Positions 38,579 through 46,706 of a stretch of 64,000 nt of DNA are shown one piece after another (position 1 is the first letter of the stretch; the number at the start of each line of letters is the position of its first letter). Both the position numbers and the translations under genes were made by a program. This DNA comes from Acidobacteriaceae bacterium (lineage in GTDB: Bacteria; Acidobacteriota; Terriglobia; Terriglobales; Acidobacteriaceae): contig DASYEU010000015.1 of NCBI GenBank assembly GCA_036498865.1, forward strand, positions 8,918 through 72,917. The letters run 5' to 3'. The notes beneath the pieces are model-generated. The model ran no database searches. It had not been told where the DNA came from and worked only from the letters and a program-made list of their open reading frames with translations.

Positions 38579-39459
38579 TTTACAAAATCGTTCACCGATC
38601 GACGTACAAGTACAAATACCCGGTTTCAGTCGGCAACCACGTGACGTGCCTGAAGCCGCGATCGTCGATGCACCAGAAGCTGGTGCAGATGGAACTCGAC
38701 ATTCAGCCGCCGCCGGCGATGTCGACCGAGCGGGTCGACTTTTTCGGGAATCGACTGAACTTTTTCACGGTGCAGGAGCTGCACAAGGAACTGGTCGTCG
38801 AAGCGCGCAGTGAGGTAGTCCTCCGCGAGCAGCATGCGACGTTGTGGCCCAAACCGGGGCCCGCGTGGGAGGAGGTGGCTCGAGCGCTCCCATGGGACCA
38901 CAGCCATGCGGGGCTGGATGCCTATCAGTTCGCGTTTGAGTCTCCGCGCATCCGGATCCGGCAGGAGTTTGCGGCTTACGCGCTGGAGTCTTTCACCCCC
39001 CTCCGGCCGCTTCCGGAGGCGTTGCTTGATCTGACGAAGCGCATCAACCGCGACTTCCATTTCGACTCCAAGGTGACCAACGTACGGACGCCTCCGGAGG
39101 AGGTCTTTCGCAAGCGGCGGGGTGTTTGCCAGGACTTTGCCCACGTACAGATCGCTTGCCTGCGATCGATCAATCTGGCGGCGCGGTACGTCAGCGGGTA
39201 TCTGCGGACGTTTCAGCGACCGGGGCAACCGAGGCTGATCGGGGCCGACGCGTCCCATGCGTGGGTGTCGGTCTATTGCCCGGAGAGTGGCTGGCTGGAC
39301 GTCGATCCGACCAACGATGTGGTGCCGTCGGACGGGCATGTGACGCTGGCGTGGGGGCGGGATTATGGGGACGTAAGTCCTTTGCATGGCTTGGCCTTAG
39401 GCGGCGGTGCGCACACGCTGAAGGTAGCGGTCGACATGGAGCCGATTGGGGTGGGGTAA
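38575..39459 (+). CDS. Transglutaminase-like cysteine peptidase family protein (Bact_transglu_N + core)
   Basis: MIYKIVHRSTYKYKYPVSVGNHVTCLKPR, RGVCQDFAHVQIACLRS, SHAWVSVYCPESGWLDVDPTN. Confidence 0.88.
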   Translation: MIYKIVHRSTYKYKYPVSVGNHVTCLKPRSSMHQKLVQMELDIQPPPAMSTERVDFFGNRLNFFTVQELHKELVVEARSEVVLREQHATLWPKPGPAWEEVARALPWDHSHAGLDAYQFAFESPRIRIRQEFAAYALESFTPLRPLPEALLDLTKRINRDFHFDSKVTNVRTPPEEVFRKRRGVCQDFAHVQIACLRSINLAARYVSGYLRTFQRPGQPRLIGADASHAWVSVYCPESGWLDVDPTNDVVPSDGHVTLAWGRDYGDVSPLHGLALGGGAHTLKVAVDMEPIGVG

Positions 39460-39577
39460 GGGTACTCGCGGGACTTGGGGCGGGGTAGTATGATTGGCTA
39501 TCGGGTCGCCGGTGGAGTGCGTCTAATCCAGACCGGCGACTGTTCGTTGATGTGTCCGGTGGAGATGACTCCGAACT

Positions 39578-40837
39578 ATGCCAAAGATTTCGAAGATCCT
39601 GCTGCTTGCTGTGTCGGTGGCCCTGGTGCTGACGGTTTTCCTGGGCGTGAACTCGAACGGTGTTCGTGCTGCCTCTGACGGGCAGGACGGCGCGTATCGC
39701 CAGATCAATGTCTACACCGAAGTGCTGCGGCACATCCAGACCGACTACGTGACGGACCCGAACATCGCCGACGTGACCAACGGCGCGCTGCGCGGGCTGG
39801 CTGAGTCTCTGGATGCCGACTCGAGCTATCTGACGCCTGAGGAGTACAAGATCTATAAGGCGGACAAGGGCGGCAAGGCGCAGGCTGGAATCAACGTGTC
39901 CAAACGGTATGGCTACGCGACGGTTGTGTCGGTGGTGCCGGGCAGCGCGGCGGACAAGGCCGGGCTGGTCGACGGCGACATCATGGAGTCGATTGAAGGG
40001 CAGGACACGCGGAACATCTCGCTGCCGATGATCCAGCGGATGCTGGAGGGCGCGCCGGGCAGCACCCTCACTGTGGGCGTGGTGGGCCACAGCGGCAAGG
40101 TGGAGCCGGACAAGATCACGATGACGCGCAGCATGACGGTTGTGCCGCCAGTGGCGGATTATCTGCCACCGGTGCTCGATGTGCAGTACCAGAGCTCTTC
40201 GATTCTTTACCTGAAGCCGGAGATTCTGGACCACGACCACGTGCAGCAGGTCGAGGCGAAGCTGAAGGGCATGCAGAAGACCGGGAACAAGAAGATTCTG
40301 TTGGACCTACGCGACACGGCCGCCGGCGACATGACCGAGGCGACGCGCCTAGCCAACATGCTGCTGAAGAGCGGGACGATTGCGGCGTTGGAAGGGCAGA
40401 AGTTCCCGAAGCAGGTGTTCGCGGCGGACCCATCCAAGGCGATCCAGACGACCGCTCCTGTGGTGGTGATGGTGAACCGCGGAACGGCCGGGCCGGCGGA
40501 ATTGGTGGCGGCTGCGCTGATGGACAACAAGCGGGCGGACGTGGTCGGCGAGAAGACATTTGGCGAAGGTGCTCAGCAGAAGACGTTTGAGCTGCCGGAC
40601 GGTGCGGCGCTGATCTTGTCGGTGGCGAAGTATGAGTCACCTTCGGGCAAGAAACTGCAGGACGAGGGCGTGACGCCGAGCGTGCTGCTGGCTTCGGGCG
40701 CCGACGACGGAGTTGGGGTGGACGATGATGCGCCTGCGCCAGCCGCGGCAACTCCTGCGCCAGTGAAGAAGCCGGATGCTCCGGTAGACCAGCAACTGAC
40801 CAAGGCGCTGGATATTCTGAAGGGCAAAGCCGCGTAA
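39578..40837 (+). CDS. S41 (C-terminal processing peptidase)-like protein with PDZ domain; catalytic Ser/Lys apparently replaced (probable pseudo-protease)
   Basis: N-terminal TM anchor. PDZ VVSVVPGSAADKAGLVDGDIMESIEG. S41 core ILLDLRDTAAGD...VVVMVNRGTAGPAELVAAALMD...GEKTFGEGAQQ. The canonical family has GSASASE and TFGKG at these positions. Confidence 0.8.
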   Translation: MPKISKILLLAVSVALVLTVFLGVNSNGVRAASDGQDGAYRQINVYTEVLRHIQTDYVTDPNIADVTNGALRGLAESLDADSSYLTPEEYKIYKADKGGKAQAGINVSKRYGYATVVSVVPGSAADKAGLVDGDIMESIEGQDTRNISLPMIQRMLEGAPGSTLTVGVVGHSGKVEPDKITMTRSMTVVPPVADYLPPVLDVQYQSSSILYLKPEILDHDHVQQVEAKLKGMQKTGNKKILLDLRDTAAGDMTEATRLANMLLKSGTIAALEGQKFPKQVFAADPSKAIQTTAPVVVMVNRGTAGPAELVAAALMDNKRADVVGEKTFGEGAQQKTFELPDGAALILSVAKYESPSGKKLQDEGVTPSVLLASGADDGVGVDDDAPAPAAATPAPVKKPDAPVDQQLTKALDILKGKAA

Positions 40838-40923
40838 CGAGGCACGGCATAGGCTGTCTACGCTGATCACCGATCGGCGAACGGCGCACTGTGGAGAAAC
40901 CAGCGTGCTACCGTTAAGGGGTC

Positions 40924-43299
40924 GTGCCCAGTTTATTCAGCGATGAGCGAGAGTCCCCTGAAGAGCTGAAGCTGCCGTGGTGGCGGCGCATCTTCGGCAG
41001 CGGCCTGCGCGAGATCGATGTGCTGCGTGGCCCGTCGTATCCGACGCGGCGAATCGCGGTGCGGGCTACCTTCATGGTCCTGCTGGGCTTGTCCTCGTTG
41101 TTTGGGGTGATGTGCGGGTTGATGCTGGTGTACTCCATCGACCTGCCGCAGATGGACGACCTGGTACGGTATCGTCCGAACACGACAACGCAACTGCTGG
41201 ACATCAAAGGCCGCGAGATTGGCTCATTTGCGCTGGAGCGGCGCGTGGTGCTGCCGTATACGGAGTTTCCCCCGGTATTGCGGCAGGCGCTGATCTCGAT
41301 TGAAGACAAGACATTCGAACGGAACTGGGGCGTGAACCTGGTGCGCGCGGTGGGTGCGGCGTGGCGCGATCTGCACTCACGCAGCCGCGCGCAGGGGTCG
41401 TCGACGCTGACCATGCAATTGGCTCGCAACCTATTCCTCTCGAACGAGAAGACGTACGGGCGGAAGATCCAGGAGATCGTGCTCGCAATGCAGATTGAGC
41501 GCGTGTTCACCAAGGACCAGATCTTCCAGATGTACGCGAACCAGATCTACCTGGGGCACGGGACGTATGGGTTTGAGGCAGCGTCGGAGTACTACTTCAG
41601 CAAACATGCAAAAGACCTGACGCTGACGGAGGCCGCGCTGCTGGCTGCGCTACCGAAGGGCGCGGAGTACTACTCGCCGGTGAACCATCCAGATCGCGCG
41701 CTGAGACGTCGCAACCTGGTGCTGAGCGAGATGCGCCAGGATGGCAAGATCACGCGGGAACAGGAGCAGGCGGCTGCTGCGGCCCCGCTGGGGCTGAACA
41801 TTGAGCCGCCCCCGAACTCGCTGGCTCCCTACTTCGTGGAGGAAGTGCGGAAGCAGTTGGAGAAAGAGTTCGGCGCCGAAGAGGTGCATGGCGCGGGGCT
41901 TCGCGTGTATACGACGCTGGATCTTGACCTGCAGGTGGTGGCGAACAAGGCGGTGCTGGACGGCACGGCAGCATACGAGCGGCGCCACGGATGGAAGGGG
42001 CATCTGTACAACGTTGTTGCGGCCGGGATTGACCTGGAGAAGTACCAGCATCCGGACTGGAGCCAGGCCATCGACAAAAGCGGCTATTTCCATGCGCTGG
42101 TGACCGAGGTGTCGCCGTCGCGGGTGATCGTGAAGATCGGGCGGCAACGTGCAGTGATGACTCCGGCGGACTGGAAGTGGACGCAGGAGACGGCCGGGGA
42201 CGGCTTCCTGTCGGCTGGCGACGTGGTGTACGTGCGTCTGGATAGCAGCTCGACCGATGGAATGCTGCATGTTGCACTGGAGCAAGACTCGGGTGTGCAG
42301 GCGTCGATGATGGCGGTGGACAACTCGAACGGCGAGGTGCTGGCTATGGTGGGTGGGCGCGACTTTGCGCTGAGCCAGTTCAACCGCGCGACTCAGTCGG
42401 AGCGCGAAGTGGGGTCGTCGTTCAAGCCGTATGTGTACACGGCCGCGGTGGAAGCGGGAGCGAAGCCGACGGACCTGATTGTGGATGGGCCGGTGAGCTT
42501 CTACACGCCGAATGGGCCGTACACGCCGCACAATTACGAGGGCGACTACAAAGGAACCATGACGCTGCTAAATGCGTTCGCCGAGTCGCGGAACATTCCT
42601 GCTCTGAAGCTGGCGGACCATGTGGGTATTCGCAAGGTGATTGAGACGGCGCACCGGTTTGGTGTGGTGAGCACGATCCCAAACTTTCTTCCGGTGGCGA
42701 TTGGTGCGGCCGATCTGTCGTTGTATGAGCAGGTGCAGTCGTACAGCGTGTTTCCGAATGATGGCATTCGGATTGAGCCGCATTTCATCCGCAAGGTGAC
42801 ACAGGCGGACGGGCTGCCGCTGGACGAGCCGCCGGCGCAGGTGAACGAGGTGATCTCGGTGGAGACGGCGCGGACAATGATGCAGCTTCTGCAGGCAGTG
42901 ACGCGCATGGGCACGGGTGCGGCGGCGGCGCAGTTGAAGCATCCGCTGGGCGGCAAGACCGGGACGACGAACGACTTTACCGACGCATGGTTCATCGGGT
43001 TCTCTCCGTCGGTGACGTGCGGCACGTGGATGGGGTTCGACAACCGGCAGTCGCTGGGCGAGAAGGAGACCGGCGCGAAGGCAGCGCTGCCGATGTGGAT
43101 GGACTTTATGCGGGCAGCGATTGCGAACAAGCCGAACGAGACGTTCCCTGAAGGGAATGCTCCGATGAAGGAGTTGGAGGTGCCTCTGACGCCGCCGGAT
43201 GCCTCGGTGGTAAAGCAGATTCCAAAGCCGGCCACGGAAGAGAATGATCCGGATGCGGTTCCGGTGGCGCCGGCTCCGACGAATGCGCCTCCGCAATAG
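40924..43299 (+). CDS. mrcA: Class A penicillin-binding protein 1A (GT51 transglycosylase + transpeptidase)
   Basis: ISIEDKTFERNWGV, GSSTLTMQLARN, RKIQE (GT51 motifs). SSFKPYVYTAA (SxxK), SRN, KTGTTN. Confidence 0.92.
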   Translation: MPSLFSDERESPEELKLPWWRRIFGSGLREIDVLRGPSYPTRRIAVRATFMVLLGLSSLFGVMCGLMLVYSIDLPQMDDLVRYRPNTTTQLLDIKGREIGSFALERRVVLPYTEFPPVLRQALISIEDKTFERNWGVNLVRAVGAAWRDLHSRSRAQGSSTLTMQLARNLFLSNEKTYGRKIQEIVLAMQIERVFTKDQIFQMYANQIYLGHGTYGFEAASEYYFSKHAKDLTLTEAALLAALPKGAEYYSPVNHPDRALRRRNLVLSEMRQDGKITREQEQAAAAAPLGLNIEPPPNSLAPYFVEEVRKQLEKEFGAEEVHGAGLRVYTTLDLDLQVVANKAVLDGTAAYERRHGWKGHLYNVVAAGIDLEKYQHPDWSQAIDKSGYFHALVTEVSPSRVIVKIGRQRAVMTPADWKWTQETAGDGFLSAGDVVYVRLDSSSTDGMLHVALEQDSGVQASMMAVDNSNGEVLAMVGGRDFALSQFNRATQSEREVGSSFKPYVYTAAVEAGAKPTDLIVDGPVSFYTPNGPYTPHNYEGDYKGTMTLLNAFAESRNIPALKLADHVGIRKVIETAHRFGVVSTIPNFLPVAIGAADLSLYEQVQSYSVFPNDGIRIEPHFIRKVTQADGLPLDEPPAQVNEVISVETARTMMQLLQAVTRMGTGAAAAQLKHPLGGKTGTTNDFTDAWFIGFSPSVTCGTWMGFDNRQSLGEKETGAKAALPMWMDFMRAAIANKPNETFPEGNAPMKELEVPLTPPDASVVKQIPKPATEENDPDAVPVAPAPTNAPPQ

Positions 43300-43352
43300 A
43301 AGATTCAGCGGCGTTATCAGCGGCAAGCTGTGGAGCGCGGCCTGTGTCCCGA

Positions 43353-43396
43353 TGAGCCCCGCGATTCCTTTCTTGCGTTGGGGATCGTGGGGCTCA
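43353..43396. terminator. Possible bidirectional terminator hairpin between PBP1A and the DinB gene
   Basis: TGAGCCCCGCGAT-18 nt-ATCGTGGGGCTCA (13-bp stem with one G-T). The T tracts are weak. Confidence 0.3.
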
Positions 43397-43402
43397 CGGC
43401 TT

Positions 43403-43924
43403 TCAGGCGGGTTGGAGTTCGCGAGGGAAGACGGGAGACTCGTCGGCGCTGGGGCCCCAGCTTGCCGGGACGGCGACATCCAGCAAGCGGAGATAAACGC
43501 AGAACTGGCCACGGTGCTGGTACCAGTGGTTGAGCATGATGTTGCGCAGGAACGCGGCGCGCGGCATGGCGGCGATCAACTGATCGTCGGCGACGATGCG
43601 CCATGTGGCGTTCATGGCGGCGTCGTCGAACGTGGGGAGGACTTCGCGGACGGTGGCGATGCTCTGGTCGTACGCCGTGAGGACTTCCTCGACGGAGCCG
43701 GGCTGGGGGATGTTCTTGAAGTCCGGCGGCGCAATCTGGTCCTGTTGTGCGCCGCGTACGACTCCGCCGGGCACGAATGCCAGATGCAGGGCGAGTTGGC
43801 CAGCCGTCATGGACTTGGAGTGGGGCTTCCAGGTGAGCTTGTCCGCGGGAAGGCGTTCGAGGAACTTGCGAGTGACCGGAGCCTGCGTTTCGAATTCAGC
43901 GAGTAGTTCCTGTGCGATTGTCAT
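43403..43924 (-). CDS. DinB-family (DinB_2) metal-dependent four-helix-bundle protein
   Basis: MTIAQELLAEFETQAPVTRKFLERLPADKLTWKPHSKSMTAGQLALHLA ... NHWYQHRGQ. Confidence 0.8.
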   Translation of the reverse strand: MTIAQELLAEFETQAPVTRKFLERLPADKLTWKPHSKSMTAGQLALHLAFVPGGVVRGAQQDQIAPPDFKNIPQPGSVEEVLTAYDQSIATVREVLPTFDDAAMNATWRIVADDQLIAAMPRAAFLRNIMLNHWYQHRGQFCVYLRLLDVAVPASWGPSADESPVFPRELQPA

Positions 43925-43981
43925 GGTGGTTTTCTCCTTTGAGTTTGCGTTCGTTAGAGATCGTTGCGTGGTGCGGTGCGG

Positions 43982-44782
43982 TTATCCGAGAACTCGGGCC
44001 TGCACGATCAGGAGCAGGCCGGTTACGACAGCGACCGCGCCGATGGCGCGAGCGACGCGACGGCTATCCGTTGCGAGACGTTCGAGGGTTATGGCCGCAG
44101 TGACGGCGGCCATGGCGCGCAGGTCCATAACGCCGAGGACGAGCAACGCTGCAATGAGACCGATGCAGCAGCGGCTGCAGTGGAGTCCGAGGAGCAGACC
44201 ATGTTTCCAGGCGGCAGCAGGAAGGGGTGGCAACTTGCAGCCGGGTCCGGGCGATTCGCGGCAGCAGGTGAGGTGACGTGTTTTCCATCCAGTGAATTGC
44301 AGCAGGCCAGCGAGGAGCACGACCGCTCCGGCTGCGCTGGGCACAGCGCGGGCCAGGGCCGGATGCTGCATTTCGGCGGTGGCCAAGGCGATGCCCAGGG
44401 GGAAGATCGCAAGGCCGAATGCAGTCCAGACGGCGAAGTATCCCAGGCCGACGAGTGCGGTTAGTCCGCCGAGACGCGGCTGGGCTGCACTGCCGACGGC
44501 CCCCCGATAGCGCGTGAGCATTGCGGCCAGGGATGGCAGCATCATGGCGACCATCATCAGGTCCCACATGCCGAGGAAGGACGAGGTGGCACGTGGCCAT
44601 GTTTGCCCGGGCATGTGCATCCACGTCATCGACATGGTCCAACCGCCCGGCATGAGCATTCCGATGGCGGGCATCGATGTGCACCAGAGAATAGTCAGCA
44701 CAGCGCTGGTGGCGAAGAGCAGCGCGGCGCCGGCGAGGAAGGTGCGGTCGGAGGTTGGCGTGGATGCGGTGGAGAGTTCCAT
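43982..44782 (-). CDS. DUF2182-like predicted metal-binding integral membrane protein
   Basis: Start taken at MELSTAS (ATG 44782). MPGGWTMSMTWMHMPGQTW Met/His-rich loop. Multiple TM helices. The ORF-track start 44893 runs through a repeat element and into the upstream gene. Confidence 0.65.
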   Translation of the reverse strand: MELSTASTPTSDRTFLAGAALLFATSAVLTILWCTSMPAIGMLMPGGWTMSMTWMHMPGQTWPRATSSFLGMWDLMMVAMMLPSLAAMLTRYRGAVGSAAQPRLGGLTALVGLGYFAVWTAFGLAIFPLGIALATAEMQHPALARAVPSAAGAVVLLAGLLQFTGWKTRHLTCCRESPGPGCKLPPLPAAAWKHGLLLGLHCSRCCIGLIAALLVLGVMDLRAMAAVTAAITLERLATDSRRVARAIGAVAVVTGLLLIVQARVLG

Positions 44783-44801
44783 GGCGGTTGGGGTTGCAGA
44801 A

Positions 44802-44851
44802 GGCAAAAGCAAATACGGAAATTCTGACTTACGAGTCAGAATGACGACGGG
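44802..44851. repeat. Interspersed repeat family 1, copy A (minus-strand reading CGTCATTCTGACT-hairpin-CCGTATTTGC)
   Basis: Minus strand: ccgtCGTCATTCTGACTCgtaaGTCAGAATttCCGTATTTGCttttgcc, with 8-bp hairpin ATTCTGAC/GTCAGAAT. Shares head and tail with 46637-46682 and 60313-60368. Confidence 0.65.
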
Positions 44852-44859
44852 GAATGGAC

Positions 44860-45618
44860 TCAGGGGGTTTCGTACTTGTCGTGGTGGCGCCACCAGAGGC
44901 CTTGCTCGTTACGGCCGAGGGGGGCGCGATCGAGCCACTGATACATGCCCCAGAGTCCGTCGAGGCCGCGAGCGTAGGCGGAGTAGGTGTGGTAGACGGT
45001 GCCATCTGCCAGCGCGAAGGCACTGAGACCTGGCCGCTCGCGGATGAAGGTGGCGGTGTCGGTTCCGGCCATGGCTGCGAATGCATCGGCTCCGCTGGAC
45101 TTCTGAGGATCTCGCGGTGGCTCGTGCGTGTAGTTGTAGTCGATGCCTTCCTTGCTTTGCTGCTGCTCGGTGAAGCCGACGCTGAAGTCGTAGTTGAACT
45201 CGCCGCCGAAGGAGGACGCCCACGGAAAGGTCCAGCCCATGCGCTTCTTGAATGCCTGGAGCTTGGCAAGAGGTGCGCGGGACACGGCCATGAGCATGAC
45301 GCCGTGGTGGGCCAGGTGGATGGCGAACCCGTTGAAGCCGTCCGCGATGGAGGAGCAGGATGGGCAGCCGGCAGCGTAGTCGGGGCCGAACATGAAGTGG
45401 TAGATGAGGATCTGAGAGCGGCCACGGAAAAGATCGGCCAGCGAGGCGCTGCCTTCGTCGGTGTCGAATTGATACGGCTTGTCGAGCGGGACCCACGGCA
45501 GTTCCTGGCGACGGCGAGCGAGTTCGTCGGCACGGTGCGTGTGCTCCTTCTCCGCGTTGAGCAGGTCGAGCCGTGCGGCGAGCCATTCCTGCCGTGTTCC
45601 AGTCTTATGCGTCGTCAT
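44860..45618 (-). CDS. DUF899 thioredoxin-like protein
   Basis: TRQEWLAARLDLLNAEKEHTHRADELARRRQELPWVPLDKPYQFDT...DLFRGRSQILIYHFMFGPDYAAGCPSCS. Confidence 0.85.
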   Translation of the reverse strand: MTTHKTGTRQEWLAARLDLLNAEKEHTHRADELARRRQELPWVPLDKPYQFDTDEGSASLADLFRGRSQILIYHFMFGPDYAAGCPSCSSIADGFNGFAIHLAHHGVMLMAVSRAPLAKLQAFKKRMGWTFPWASSFGGEFNYDFSVGFTEQQQSKEGIDYNYTHEPPRDPQKSSGADAFAAMAGTDTATFIRERPGLSAFALADGTVYHTYSAYARGLDGLWGMYQWLDRAPLGRNEQGLWWRHHDKYETP

Positions 45619-45726
45619 GATTTGCTCCTGTCTGCGAGTGAGTTTTGTCCGTGGACGAGCCCGAGGATGCAGGATGGATCCTTTATTGAGAAGCGTGCGC
45701 CTACGTGCCGGCCGATCCTAACCGAA

Positions 45727-46191
45727 CTAGGGTTTGGATGCGGCTTCTGCGCGTTTGCGGGCCATCTCGTGCATGTGGGCCCATCCGCTGCTGACGCCCT
45801 TCTTGTGGTCTTCCGGGATGAGGCCGAAACCGGAGTGGCGGAAACGGATGACGGTTTCGCCGTTCTCTTCTGTGAGGCGGTACTGGAGGTTGTTGGCGAC
45901 GGGGCTGGACATGAAGAGCGGTCCGCTGATCTCCAATAGCGACGGGCGCTTGATGGCCTGAATGGTGCCCCAGAAGTGGCCGTTATTGTCACCGAGGTCG
46001 CGGAACCAGCGGCCGCCGGGGAAGGCTTCGAGCTTGAAGGGCATGGGGGCGCCGTCAGGCCGCTCGTTCGATGGGCCAAGCTGCTCCAGCAAGGCGTCGA
46101 AGGTGACGGCAAGCGGGGCCTGCACGTGGATCTCCTGGGTGATGTTGAGGGTGAGGTCGGCGATGCTGGTCTGGGTCGGCGCTTCGATCAT
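45727..46191 (-). CDS. SRPBCC/AHSA1-family (START-like) protein
   Basis: Start at MIEAPTQTSIADLTLNITQEIHVQAPLAVTFDALLEQLG (ATG 46191). The ORF-track start 46593 is over-extended through arsR. Confidence 0.75.
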   Translation of the reverse strand: MIEAPTQTSIADLTLNITQEIHVQAPLAVTFDALLEQLGPSNERPDGAPMPFKLEAFPGGRWFRDLGDNNGHFWGTIQAIKRPSLLEISGPLFMSSPVANNLQYRLTEENGETVIRFRHSGFGLIPEDHKKGVSSGWAHMHEMARKRAEAASKP

Positions 46192-46217
46192 GGGTGAATC
46201 CTCTCGGTGTATGAAAT

Positions 46218-46556
46218 TTATTTCTGTTGTGCGGCAGCGGCGGCTTCGGCGCGTTGTTTGATGCGGTTGAGTTGGTGAGACCAGTACTGCTGGAAGGTGG
46301 AGGCCCAGTCGTGCAGCGGGCGGATGGCCTCGGCGTTGGTGCGATAGAACTTCTGCCGTCCCTGGCAGCGCATGCGAACCAAGCCAGTCTGGCGCAGGAC
46401 GCGGAGGTGCTTGGACACGGAAGGCTGGTCGAGGTCGAGGCTGGTGGCGATGTCGCCGACGGGCCGCTCGCTGGGGGCGAGGAAGGCGAGGATCTGGCGG
46501 CGGCGGGGCTCTGCAATGGCGTTGAAGATGTCGGACGTGGTGGCGGCTCGGGGCAT
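46218..46556 (-). CDS. ArsR/SmtB-family winged-helix transcriptional regulator
   Basis: IFNAIAEPRRRQILAFLAPSERPVGDIATSLDLDQPSVSKHLRVLRQTGLV. Confidence 0.88.
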   Translation of the reverse strand: MPRAATTSDIFNAIAEPRRRQILAFLAPSERPVGDIATSLDLDQPSVSKHLRVLRQTGLVRMRCQGRQKFYRTNAEAIRPLHDWASTFQQYWSHQLNRIKQRAEAAAAAQQK

Positions 46557-46570
46557 GGTGTCGAAAATAG

Positions 46571-46586
46571 ATTCTTATATAGGAAT
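46571..46586. promoter_or_regulatory. Near-perfect 16-bp AT-rich palindrome ATTCTTATATAGGAAT upstream of arsR (candidate operator)
   Basis: 7 of 8 positions are self-complementary. It lies 15-30 nt upstream of the arsR start on the minus strand, in otherwise GC-rich DNA. Confidence 0.45.
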
Positions 46587-46636
46587 ATGTCAAGCGATGG
46601 AAAGATGCAGTTTTTTAGTGGCTCGTGGTCAGTAAT

Positions 46637-46682
46637 GGCAAATGCGGAGATTTCTGATTCGGAGAGTCAGAATGACGGCGGG
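46637..46682. repeat. Interspersed repeat family 1, copy B
   Basis: Minus strand: ccgcCGTCATTCTGACTCtccgaaTCAGAAatctCCGCATTTGCcatt. The 14-nt head CGTCATTCTGACTC is identical to copy A, and the tail CCGyATTTGC is shared. Confidence 0.65.
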
Positions 46683-46706
46683 CTACGGCGCAGCAGGTTT
46701 GGTATT

